NCBI GenBank assembly: GCA_026770705.1
Contig: JANJGN010000026.1
Location: 24,366,001-24,430,000 of the forward strand
DNA length: 64,000 nt
Direction: 5' to 3'
DNA from: Isurus oxyrinchus
Lineage: Eukaryota
Shown here: positions 52,074 to 64,000 of the stretch, piece after piece
Layout of the letters: every line of letters starts with the position of its first letter
Position numbering within the stretch: position 1 is the stretch's first letter
Notes under the pieces: model-generated
Databases searched by the model: none
What the model was told of the DNA's origin: nothing
Seen by the model: only the letters and a program-made list of their open reading frames with translations
Position numbers and translations under genes: made by a program

Positions 52074-52689
52074 CTGTGGAATCTACGTGGGTATAGTGCC
52101 CGAAATAAATTAGATTGTTTATTAATCCAGGATTTCTTACTGCCATTTTGTATTCACTTTTCTTTCTTAAGCTTTTAATATAATCTCTAATTTAATTTTT
52201 AATGTATGTCTACTGTTAAGTTCGTGATGTTCAGCAACCTATCTATGTAACTATTTCCACAGCTGTCCTTCCTTGACATTCCTCGTGTAGCCCATGTCGG
52301 AAGATATGGGAAATTTTCTTTAGTGTCAGTTCATTTTCGAACAATTTTGTACGATCTATTATTAGAGAATATTAATGTGGATTTCGAGAGAGGTTCATGA
52401 GCTACTTATTTGGAAACTGTGAATGTTGAGTTTAAAAGCTCGGATGTGAGTTCCCATCTTGTTTGTTTATTATGGAAATGTTTGGCACGTTTGTAACTTA
52501 AATTACTTTCTCAGTAAGAACATTGCTTTAGTGTGTTTGTCGGGTCATCATGTGATTGGGACAACCGTCGGTGGATATGACCTTTAAAAAGTGCGTTTGA
52601 ACAATGTTTTCATCAATAGATTGGCGTTTGCGTTGTGCCTTAACGTTTGTGTCAGTGTGGATGAATTATCTCGTGCGTTACATTACTCT

Positions 52690-52956
52690 TTGTTTGTATT
52701 TTTCCATATGTGTGTATGACTGTTAATGTGCGTGTTCATGCGCCAATCAGTGTTGATTTGTATAGTTGTGTGCCTGAGTTCGTGTGTTTCTATCAACTTA
52801 TATAATGTGTGTTATTGTGTGTGCTTATGTGTTGAAGTCTATATTTATTTATGAATATCTGTGTTAGTGCGTATTTACGTGTTCACGACTGCTAATATGT
52901 GTGTTCATATGTCTATTTATATTCCACGTATCTTAACTTTTGTGTCTCCATGAGTA

Positions 52957-52999
<43 letters not shown>

Positions 53000-53665
53000 A
53001 TGTGCATTTATGTGTTGGTTAATTTTTGTAATTGTGGATTGATGTACTTCTATGCCTCCATGTAATCCCGTGTGTATGAGTATGTTAATATTTGTGTCAT
53101 CATGTCTGTTCATCTATGTGCGTGTGTGCCAGTGTGTAGTCTGTTAATGTGCATGTATGTGTGTCGGTCTATGTGTGTTAATGTGTGTCTTTACATCTAA
53201 GTTTCTGTCATCGTGAATGTGTGCTTATGCATATGTTAATGGTTACAGTTGTGCTTTATGTACTCCTGTGAGTCTGATTGCCTGATTTTATATGTTTGCC
53301 TTTGTGCTGTTTATTTATGTGTGCGCTTGTGTACATTTGTCTGCATGCTTGCGTGTGCGTGCACTTGTGTGGATATGTGTACTTGTCTGTGTGTCTGTAT
53401 GTGTGTGTGCGTGTGTGTGTGTGTCTGTGTGTATGTGTGTATTTCTCTGTGTGTGTATTTGGATGTGTGTGTGCATTTTTGCCTATGTGTGTGTGTTTTT
53501 GTGTGTGTGCGTGTTGATATATTTGTGCATTTGTGTGTCTGTGTGTATATGCGTATGTGTGTGTGTATGTGTTTGTGTACGTGTGTGTTTGTGTATGTGT
53601 CTGTGTGTCTGTGTGTGCGAATTTGTGTGTTTGTGTACGTGTATGTGTGTGTATCTGAATATACT

Positions 53666-53702
<37 letters not shown>

Positions 53703-53985
53703 TTGAGTGTGTGTGCATGTCTCTACGGGTATGTGTGTGTACATTCATATGTCTGTGTGTATTTGTATGTCTGTGTATTTATTTGTGTGCGTGTGTGTTT
53801 GTGTGCCTGTGCATGTGTACGTGCATTTGTATGTATGTCTCTGTGTGTGTCTATATGTGTGTATGTGTGTATTTCTGTGTATATATCTGTATGTGCGTGT
53901 GTATGTATGAGAGAGAGTGTGTCTATGTATTTGTGTGTACACATATGTATCTGTGTATATGTGTGTCTGTGTAAGTGTCTGCGTC
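52690..53985. repeat. Long degenerate (TG)n tract, read as (CA)n on the IgM sense strand
   Basis: Direct inspection. Confidence 0.95.
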
Positions 53986-55072
53986 AGTTAAGTGCAGTTT
54001 TATCAGTTGTATGTATTTTTAGCATTGGTCCAAGCTCCAGTGTGTACAAATAACCCAGTCTGACATTGACGGTGAGAATTATGGTTAAAATTTTCGATCT
54101 TATTTCTATAGATGTGTTTTTTTTGAGATGCTAAGTGATATGAGATGAACAAATGCAAAAAATCAACTGTGTGCATCATAAAACTCAGTGAGAGAACATT
54201 GAAAACCCAGGGAGGATTCAATCACCAGTTTAGATTTGGATTATGTGAAATCAATGTTAGCATAAGGTCAACATGAACAATGGTGAGTTCAAAATCTGTG
54301 GCCAGAAAATTGACTTATACTGTTGGCAACTGTGTCCTTATAGCAGAGATCCGATCCCTTCCAGATTCAATGCTGGAGGAGTGGGAATATAGTGAGTTAA
54401 TGGTTTCCCCTCTCTCAGGTCAGCTAAGCAATTTACTTTCAGTTCTCTCTGCTAAAGAGGTGGAGGTAGACTGGGTTAACTAATAACTAATCACCTTTCC
54501 CCCTTTCTTCTTGCTGGAGCACTGGAGCGACAGTGGATAATTAAAGCTGTCCACCAACCGCACCCGCCACCCGTCCCCCCCCCCCGTTTTACTAATGCCC
54601 TTCCCCCTGTCTCTTTTGGGGAAGTGGGGGTACAGTGGGTTAACAATTTCCCTTCCACCTCTTTCTGATGGGAGATTGTTGATAGATGTTCCTGTGTGAC
54701 TCTCACTTCAATTCCCAGTGAGTGTGGTGCAGCAGCTTAAAGTTGATATCGTTTTAAAGGGATGGACAATAAGAGAATCAGGAACATCGAGATCTAAATG
54801 TGCTGTGTTTGTTTGTTGGGAATCAGAAATTGTCAGATTTCTCCTCTGTGGGAGGAGAGATAGTGACGTTATTTTTCGGAATCCTGTAATGAATGAGCTT
54901 TACTCTGTCTCTAACCCAGGGTATATCTGAGCTGGGAGCACTGGGTGTATGAGTCTTGGGTCTGAGACCTTTGAATGTCCAATTTTAAATGAACAGGGAT
55001 AACATTAGCAAAAGTGGAAAGCAACATTAGTAAAGTGATTGTGTAATTAAATCACGATTGTAGGAAAAGGCC

Positions 55073-55087
55073 TTTATTATTTTTATT
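55073..55087 (-). terminator. Secreted-IgM poly(A) signals (two AATAAA)
   Basis: tttatt at 55073-55078 and 55082-55087, about 30-40 nt after the stop. Confidence 0.8.
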
Positions 55088-55114
55088 AATGTTCGATATG
55101 CAACCAATAGACTC

Positions 55115-55504
55115 TCACTGACATGAATTAACGGTGTCCATCGGTGCAAGGGAAATGTTCACAAAACTCGGTTTACCGCTGGATTTATCAATCGTTCTGA
55201 TGATGATCTTCAAGGGGATCCCTTCATGTCCCACCACACAGGAGTAAGGAGCGCCGCTGGCCCACTCCTCCACTGCAATGGATAACAGGCTGTACATGAA
55301 GAAGGAGCGATTTCTGTTCACCACCACCTCGGTGATCTTGTAGTTCCCGGGATTCGCCGGCTTGTCATTGATGGTCCACTTGACGAAGATCTCTCGGGAG
55401 TAGAAATCTTTCACTAAGCAGCTGAGGGAGACGAATCTCTGAATGGAGACATCTTCTGATAAAGGGCAGGAGGATAGACACGGACGGTTCCTGCAGATTT
55501 TTCG
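55115..55504 (-). pseudogene. ighm: IgM CH4 exon plus secretory tailpiece, +1 frameshift near 55461-55466
   Basis: Acceptor cag 55507-55505; [13 protein letters not shown] in one frame and [20 protein letters not shown]...YSCVVGHE...[20 protein letters not shown] in another; internal TM donor G|GTAAAC at 55177. Confidence 0.9.
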
Positions 55505-56725
55505 CTGCAGAAAACTTGTAATAAATGTCAATACACTGAACAATTTCAGAACCAGAAAGAAAAACGCTGCTTAGATGTGAGAGAAATGGGGTTTGTGTTG
55601 AATCTTAAAGGTTTCCATTTTCCACTTTGCGATTTGTCTGGTTTACCAGCACGGAGAAGAGTTGGATGTCTAAGAAATTGGGGTAATCAAAAGCTGCTAT
55701 TTTCTTCATAATAACGAACCTTTATAAGATTTGCTAAATAGCATGGATTTTCTCTCTGGAAAGAGGATTTCTAAACACTTTGACCTCTAAACATTCTTAG
55801 TTCAGGCTGCCATGTTGACATTCCTGAGCTGGTAGGCTGGAGTCTTGTGCACCCCCTCATCTGTGAAAATGTTTAGAAAGGACCAGGATGTGAGCATCAG
55901 CATGATGTAAACTTAAAATCTGACCTCGAGCAGGGGATGCAGTAACCACCCTGACAGTTTGGGTACATGTCCTGACCATTGGCCAGAAAAGTTTGCATTG
56001 GCAATTGACACTGGGTTAGTTACCAGCCCCCAGATAAAGATTATATTACTAAGTGCTCAGGCACAGGGCCTAGGTCCTGGTGGGGTCATATGCTGGTGAG
56101 GTACCGTGGTGAGGCCGCAGTGCCAGTCGGCAGCTGCCTTCCTAAAAATGGCCAAGGAGGAGGAGGAAGATGAGGTCAATGCACTTTGTGCCAAACATTA
56201 GTCCGTCACCTGGGGCCAGTAAAACGCTCTCAACTCTCACCATCATATACTTATTAGGTCTAATGAGTTCCTGTATGAAACCTAAACTGTTGCATCTTAA
56301 TAAACTTTAAAACAATCTTAAAGTTCCTGAGTCTAGCCGACTGTCCTTTTAGGCAGCTCTGGCCCCCGAATCCAAACTCTTACAGATACTGTCCTTTTCT
56401 CTGTGAACCTCGGGGGTTGGACGGGAAAATTCCTTAGAGTTTACAGCACAGCAACAGACCATTCAGCCCACCTGGACCGTGCTGGTGTTTAAGCTCCACA
56501 CCAGGCTTCTCCCACCTTATTTCATCTAAACCCAATAACACGGTCTTCATTTCATTGTTCAGTCATCCACTCATCAATTTCCCCCGGAATGTCTACAGGC
56601 CCAGAGCGTTTAGTTAGTGGAATTACCAATCAGGGTAGACCATGAATACACTGAATAGTAAATATTAACCCTTACACTGGAAAGAGACACAATGACTCGC
56701 TTATTGCTTCATTTTCACCGCTCAC

Positions 56726-57034
56726 CTGCTTCCTTGTGGATGGAACTTTTTAAAGGAATCCGCAGATCCTGATGGCTCACCACGCAGTAGAACTCAGCTC
56801 CACTCAGCCAGGCTTGTGTCGAGATGTTTACGTTGCTGACGACGCTGTTGGGATCCTCTTCCAGTTGGATGGCAACCTCTGATTTCAAAGGCTTCGTTTC
56901 TTGGGTCCAGGACACGAGAGCTCCATAAGGAGCATTAGACACGATGCAGGTTAAGGTCACCATCGCCTCCAGTAAGACCTGTTCTACTGGCGGTGGCAGT
57001 AGAGTAATTGTGGGATCGCTGCATTGGGAATGAC
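56726..57034 (-). CDS. ighm: IgM CH3 exon (309 bp, open)
   Basis: cag|[37 protein letters not shown]|gtgag. Confidence 0.93.
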
Positions 57035-57389
57035 CTGTGAAACATAAATGGAAATCAGCCGAAGTTCTACCTTTAGAATTAAGACAGCAGTATTCAGCGT
57101 TCACTCTCTAAAGGAGAATAAATCATCTTTGGCATACCTACCTCTAACTATTATCTCTAATCTTCTTTACACAACGGAAAATCAGATTGATCTGTGTAAA
57201 TCGTTCTCATAGTATGAGTCGTTCAGCCCCGGAAACATTCTAATGAATCTGCATTGCCCCAGTCCCAAGACAAATATAGCATTCCCGAGCCCTGGAATGC
57301 AGTGCAGAACGCCATTTTCTAAATAGGACCTTCGCAATACATAATCCAGAGGCTGTTGCCAGTTACTGTAATCGGTTTGTATCTCTTAC

Positions 57390-57698
57390 CAGGTCTGTTG
57401 ATGTTTCGACTTTGGGTGATCCCTTGATGAGTGACCTGACAGGTATGGACCACGTCGGTGAACCATTCCCGAGCGGAGACTTTCAGCCGACTGGTCGCCG
57501 AGAAGTTCCCGTTCACTGCAAAGGCGGGAGAGGTGACAATTCCTGAATCCATGGGTTGTCTATTCTTCAGCCACTTCACGGTGATTGACTTTGGACGGAT
57601 ATCGATGATTGAACAGAAGGCGGTTGCAAATTTGTTGCTTGTGATTTCTTCCCGGGAACTCACGGTGAGGCGAACAGTTGGAGGGAAGTCAGGAGGAC
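57390..57698 (-). CDS. ighm: IgM CH2 exon (309 bp, open frame, acceptor AG replaced by AT)
   Basis: [42 protein letters not shown]; donor gtaaga intact; preceded by ctaacctgtgtttctttaat. Confidence 0.88.
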
Positions 57699-57906
57699 AT
57701 TAAAGAAACACAGGTTAGACATTTCTTGGAGAAGAAATTGTTAACAGATACAATGAGTTCCTATATCTTAACAGGCTTTTTTTCTGTTAATAGGCATTAA
57801 TCGGAATTTTCCAGGGATCAGAACTATGTAGAGTACTATAAATGCGTTATTACCAAGGCCCTATACAGGTTAATCACAGCCTTTCTGTTTCTCACAGGTT
57901 CCTTAC

Positions 57907-58203
57907 ATTGTATTCCAATGCTCCTGTCTGAGCCGCTGTGTCGAACCTCACACTTGATTTTGCTGCATTTCCCCTCTGACTCGGTGGTTAACTGGTTACT
58001 CAGGGTATAGGTTCCCTTCTGGTTTCTCACTGACGGGTAAGTCTTAAATCCAGTGGTGGTCGGCTGCCCATCTTTCTTCCAGGTCAGGCTGCTGATTTCT
58101 GGGGAATAGTCTGTCGCCAAACAACCGTAGGTGCTGGAGCCGTCGGTGTTATGTTGCTGACAGGAGGAGACCAGGCTGTAGAGAGTGGGCGAAGACGGTG
58201 TTG
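57907..58203 (-). CDS. ighm: IgM CH1 exon (297 bp, open)
   Basis: cccag|(A)[41 protein letters not shown]|gtaagg; typical shark mu CH1. Confidence 0.95.
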
Positions 58204-61200
58204 CTGGGAAAGAATGGCCGATTGAACAAGTTAGACTCTGATTTGTGATCATTAAGTAACCAAATAACTCAAAATTTGACTATAAGTATAAACTTTTCCT
58301 AATATATTCCAACTAAAACCTACATCCACGTTTGAGCTTCTATTAGTTCCATAATTTGGTAATCCTGATGTGTCAATTCCCTCTTTATAAATCCACACCT
58401 TTTCTCCGCCTCCATCGTTTTACAAAAAAAAGGAACATTTTGATGTAATCTGGATGATGTGCCTTTCATTGGATTAATATAGAAAAGCACAGGATTTTCC
58501 CCATTATTTCAGCCACCATTTATTTCTTAAAGACATTTCTCGTTTGGTGAACAATAAATTCGCTCGTCATTCATACCATTGCAGTTTTGGAAATTGGCCC
58601 TATTGAAATTGATTTCTGTCCCCTCCCCCCTCCAGTTCCCTAAAAATTATGACTCAGCTTCAAAAGTACCTTGGTAGTGAGTGCTTATAAAATTGCCATG
58701 ACACTGTCAATTGAATCCAAGATAAAATAATTCTAACATTTTATAATCAAGACCTTCGTGTCCTTTGAGCTAAAATGGGTTGTGAGGCCTGGCGTGACAC
58801 GCCTCCATGCAGTTTCAATGTTGTAGAAAATGAAAACCTAGAGCCTGAAAGGGGCGTTCTGACCAAGAAACTGCTTTATACCAAGTGAAATCCGGAATAT
58901 TGAACCATTAGCGTTCTTCAGATCTTGATTCCTGTTGAGGAATACTCTCCCCTCCCCAAATATTTTCGCGTTAGTTTCTTCCAATTTGTTTCCATTGAGG
59001 ACCTCTCTACATATGTTCACTATCAACCTTTGGGGAAATACATTTTAACATCTGCACAAGCCAGGCCACTCCACGATATCCGTTTAAGATGCTGCGTTAA
59101 AACTGACCTCCCTGACAAAGCCTTACTTTTTTTTTAGCTCATAGAATGTTGGCGTTGCTGGCCAGCATTTATTGCCCATCCTAATTGCCCTTGGATCAGA
59201 AGAAATCGGAAATGGTATAGTGGTCATCATCAGACTTTTAATTCCAGATTTTTTTCTTTCATTGAAAACAAATTTCGCCCCAGAGCATTACCGTCCACAG
59301 CATTATCCTGGGTCTCCTGTCCAGTGACAATTCCACCTTCTCTCCGTTATTTGACTCAGTTTCAGATCGTCTCTTATCACGGTCCAATGTATTGTCCTGG
59401 AAAGTATTACTGCATTGAAGTGGCTGTATAAATGAAGGCCATTGTTGTGTTCAGAGGATACAATTGTTTTAATTTCGATGGGTTTAGTTTCCCTAATAAC
59501 ATAACTCCTACTACTAGATATACAAGTTAAAACACGTTTAAAACAGATCCCAGCATATTCATGAACCATAACGCAGAATTATAAAATAATTGAATGTGAC
59601 AGCAGGGAAGAAAACTATAGGGTAGACCACACCACTGAAGGCCCTCGCCAGCAATCCCATTAACCTTTTAATCTGAATCTTCCTTTTGAAAGTTCCATTT
59701 CACCAAACCATTATGGATTCCACTTACAATAGTCTTTCTGGTAGGACTTATCAGATCCTAACAACCCGCAGTATAGAAAAATTGATTCATCCTCTTTACC
59801 TTCATTCTTTCCACGTTTATTGTAACACATTGTCCTCTACATGCCAACTCACTAATTTGGGGAAATAACTTGCTGAATTTCTGCTAAAAAACAAGCAAAA
59901 CCTTTCAATTGTACAAGTCACCTCTTGTAGATCTCATCCTAGTCTTCTTTGTTCGGATGACAGTAATGAACGTTCGCAATAACTGATTGATGGCCCTTTT
60001 CAAATATAAACGGAACCATTTAGCACACATATTACAGAGGTGCATTCTACACGACTTACTACCTGGAATCGAATATTTGGATTAATTGGCACTGAGTCTA
60101 GCCTACCTCTTTCCTTCTCAGTAATTGAGAAACAGTAATGCTCTCCGAAAAAAATATGATTTGTGCTCTATTCTGAGTGGTGTCTCTCAGGAGAGTAATT
60201 GTTATCTAAATGATATTAGCTTGAAGGGCGAAGAGAAGTATAGAGACCTGGGACGCATATTCACAACAATTTTGAAAGCAGCAGAATAAGTTGAAAAGAT
60301 GGTTAAGAAAGCGAATGGACAACGTGGCCTTGTAAATAGGAGCAGTGAATAGAAGGAAGCCATGTTAAAGTTTAACAAATCACTGACCAGCTGGAGTATC
60401 TTTTGCAAAATTCTGACCACCGCTTTAGGAAGAATGTCAAGTCCCCGGGGAGAGTACGGGGAAGATTTACCAAGGTGATGTCAGGAATGAGAGCGTTCAG
60501 TTATATAGAGAGATTATACTAGCTGAATTGTTCTCTTTAGAGCCGTGAGAGGTAAAGGGCTACCAGATGGATATATTAAAAATGATGAGATATTATTGAT
60601 ACAGCAGTTGAGGAGAAATGTTTTCTGCTGGATATCGAAAGGTCACAGATTTGAATCATTTGACACAATAATTTGGAAGTGCGGAGGTGTTGCAGAAGGA
60701 GCTTTTTGATCTGTAGAGGATGTAAATCCGGGAATCATATGATGGCTCAAAATGTTTAAACACAATTAATTCATTAAAAAAAATGTCGTTCATTTTTCAG
60801 AAGGATGGTTACAATCTATCAAATTGCAATACTTCGTCTGAGCAATGGAAGAATTTATTTTCCTATATCTGGCTCGACAGCATACGCCTAGTTAGTTAAA
60901 TACTAATTAAGTTTGCTTCAACTGAGCGGGCAGACTTTCAGGTCAGGCAAAGGTCAAATATGGAATAAAGGCCCCCTCCCGACTCCACTGCCCATAACGC
61001 CCCTATGCCATCCGCCACCAACTCCCGCCCCTCCACCCACCACCGGAGTGAGTCAATTCCAATATCCCAAAACATGTCCACCATTTACAAGGCATAATTC
61101 GGACAGCGACTGAATAATTTCCACTTACCTGTATGAGTGCAGATCCAACAACACTCAAGAATCTCGATGCTTTCTAGGACAACGCAGCCAGCAAAATTGG

Positions 61201-64000
61201 CACCCCATCCACACCCTTAAATATGTACTTCTTCCATCACCAACACACAGAGGCAGCAGTGTATACCATTTACAAGATGCACTGCAACAACTCGCCAAGA
61301 CTCCTTTGACAACACCTTCCCAATCCACGTCCTCTGGCAGCTAAAAGGAAAATGGTAGCTGGTGTATGAAAATATCACCGCCTGCAGTTCCACACCAGGA
61401 CACACACCACCTTGACTTGGAACTATATCACCGTTCCTTCACTGTCACCTGTGCAAAACCCTCGAACCCCCTTCCTAGTATTACTGACACTAAATGGTCA
61501 TCAGTGATTCAAGAATGCGCCTAAACAATACCTTCTGAAAGGCAAATAGGATTGGGCAACAAATGCTGACCTTGCCAGCGACCCTAACAGACATGATATA
61601 ATGTAAAAGAAAACACAGCCTATTTACTCCCTCTATATTACAGAATAGCTAGAGCGTGGATTAAATATAGAGTAAAATTCGTTCTAAAATGCCCAATCTA
61701 ACAATCCCAAGGCAGATATCGCATTACAAATTGACTAAAACTCCTTCCCCAGTCTGTGGTTTTTTCTGATTCTCACAGACTGTTTAGGGATCCCATTACT
61801 GAGGCGCCCAGTCAAACATGAAGTCAAACCTTCACATTTCTCACAGATACAAGTTTTTTGAAGAAATAAATCAAATTGCACTTCCTGAAATGCAGGAGAG
61901 AGAACCAGAAGGCTTACAAGTAGTCAGGAAGATTCCTCGTCCCAGCACAGTGACCACGCGCACAGAGACAGAACAGACACAAATGGTGCAACAAGCAGAT
62001 AGATCTGTTTAATCTGTCCATTTCATTCAAGCTGTTTGATTCTAATTCATCAATGGTCAATTTACTACAACGATAAGTCTATACCTTCTTTGAAATTAAA
62101 TTAATATTCACTTCAAAATTCCTTTGACTTCCACTAACTCTCCCAGTCTATCTGCAATCTTGAAAACAAAGATTTAGTTTGCCTGAAAATGAGCAAATAA
62201 ATATTACAGATTAAAGGCGATCTGATGTCTGTAAAAGTGACAGGGTAAGCAATACACAAACCAGGAAACATTCACATTGAAAATGATGACTCATGGATTT
62301 GATAAAATTCTACAATTCAAGGTAATGAACACAATCATCAAGGTGAAGCACCTTATCGAGCTGAGCACAACTGAGTAAAGAAATGTATTATTTTCTAAAA
62401 TCATTTTGGACACAATTAAAAATTCTTTCCGGCCATTGAGGTTTGTACTCACCATAACGACTCAATTGTAGGAGGTCATTATATTGAATGAATTATCAAT
62501 TCTATTATGTTGGAAGTTAATTATCTTATTAGCTGATTTACATTCTATAATATGAACAATAGTTTTTGATAACTCAAAACATGTTTCTGCTTGATGCTTT
62601 GTGAAATAATTGGGCTATAAAGAAATTAACATGATGCTTAGCCTATGTGAAACAATAAACATCAAGTTAATAGATGGAAAAATTTAGACATATATTACTT
62701 TTACTTAAATCTGATCACATTTTAATAATTTAAAATGGACAATATTTGCTGCTACCCTCTTTTTTTTACCAAGAAACTTACAAACATTGCATGTTCCTGA
62801 AGCTATTGATATATCATGAACTGTATCTCAGTAAGTATTTCACATGATGAATTTATGAGTAGAATATTTCAAGAATTTCCAAATTTGTTGGGTCACATCG
62901 CACTAACTGTCGATGGGCTGTAGCATCAGCTGGTTGCCAAAGCAGGACTCAGATTTATATATGGTCGTCAATCGTAGCTATACTTTTAATTACAGAAGTA
63001 AATATAAAATATTGTCTGCGTTATTAAATACAGGCAACACTTGTACTGATCATAAACTGCAAAGGTTTGTATATATCGGACATTTGTGATCAGTAACGGT
63101 GCTGTCTCGATTTAGTAACTCAGACGATCTTTTATATTTATTCCTGCTGTTTACACAATTTCCGCGGATTAATTACTAAATACATTATTAATTTATAGAA
63201 GGGCCAAAGTTATCACTGTAAAACTTGGGAACAATTCATTCAGGTCATTTGCGACAGTGAAACATAATGGGCAAATGCAGTCGAGATTTTGTTGTTCAAT
63301 TTAACAATTGATAAGAATTAACTAAAAAGCTCGGACATGATCCGTTCTTTACCTATAAATCTATCCCGTGCACTTCCCAATTATTGGAGACAGGATATTG
63401 TTATTAAATTCGAAGCTAATGTTAATCTTCTGTATTTAACTTAGTCTGTTTGAAATTTAAGTTCTTACTTGACTATCTCTAGCCATATACAATCTGCACA
63501 TTGCTACAATTTAACTAAAATCATTATGAACAATCCTTTCACTTCCAGGGACGTGCACCTCTCATAAAACTGTTTAAAATTAGATTAGATGTAATTATTT
63601 CGCTATCCAACTACAAATGACGTTGAAGGAATAATATGGTTGCGACTGCACACAAATAAGATAATAACCAGATGCATGTATTGCCAAAGTGCAATGTAAA
63701 TCTTAAATTTAATTGGATGCAAACTTTCATTCATCTGTTTTAATCAGGGGCATACCAATTAATTCAAAACCACTTGTGAAACTGAACACTAGGGTGGAAT
63801 AAAAACATTAGGTTCTCATTGAAATAGTTTCAGGCATTATCAAAAAACATTTCCAATGTATAAACTTTTCCGGTCATGTTAATTGCGCTCAGTGCACAAC
63901 AGAATTGTGAAAGGTTACTAATTGTTCGTAGCATTCATGTAAAAGCATCTTTGGTTAATATTAATGGGAGTGTGACAGGCAAGGGTGCATTTTAAGAGAG
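58204..64000 (-). other. JH-Cmu intron (partial, at least 5.8 kb) with old SINE and CR1 fragments (~59130-59340, 60210-60650, 61060-61600)
   Basis: Lies upstream of the CH1 acceptor; no WGxG J segment seen. Confidence 0.7.

Noticed and set aside
47916-54053. Long Cys/Val- and His/Thr-rich ORFs (47916-48422, 53249-54053)
   Set aside because: Translations of (CA)n/(TG)n tracts that are open in many frames.
55115-58203. IgW or IgNAR assignment
   Set aside because: Four C exons, the mu-type CH1 start ATPSSPTLY and the tailpiece [18 protein letters not shown] match shark IgM.
61946-61985. CACAGTG as an RSS heptamer, or GTGGTCACTGTG as a JH remnant
   Set aside because: No ACAAAAACC-like nonamer at 12 or 22/23 spacing; no WGxG motif or splice donor.

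Overview
Eukaryotic DNA from a cartilaginous fish (shark-type IgM, shark-type repeats); the species cannot be determined from the sequence. (1) 1-22 kb: a cluster of KRAB-less C2H2 zinc-finger genes, with one near-intact 9-finger ORF at 20943-21719 and several decayed copies. It has an NRF1/YY1 CpG-island promoter and is buried in CR1, RTE and Penelope-like retroelements, SINEs and a solo LTR. (2) 22-47 kb: a decaying tRNA cluster. Its core is a ~14 kb tandem array of alternating A- and B-type units, each carrying a tRNA-Val copy. One tRNA-Val(CAC) is intact, the rest are pseudogenes, and Glu, Ser and Leu pseudogenes lie around the array. Two DNA palindromes occur at 45.7-47.4 kb. (3) 51.7-64 kb, minus strand: an IgM heavy-chain constant region (CH1-CH4, secretory tail, TM1, TM2) and at least 5.8 kb of J-C intron; no V, D or J is in the window. 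This IgM copy has a broken CH2 splice acceptor, a +1 frameshift early in CH4 and an altered TM/cytoplasmic tail. The most notable hidden signal is a family of ~100-250 bp Penelope-derived mini-elements with target-site duplications. They are built around a 39-nt minimal hammerhead ribozyme motif, often end at the ribozyme edge, and the best-preserved copies share a non-canonical CUGUCGA core.
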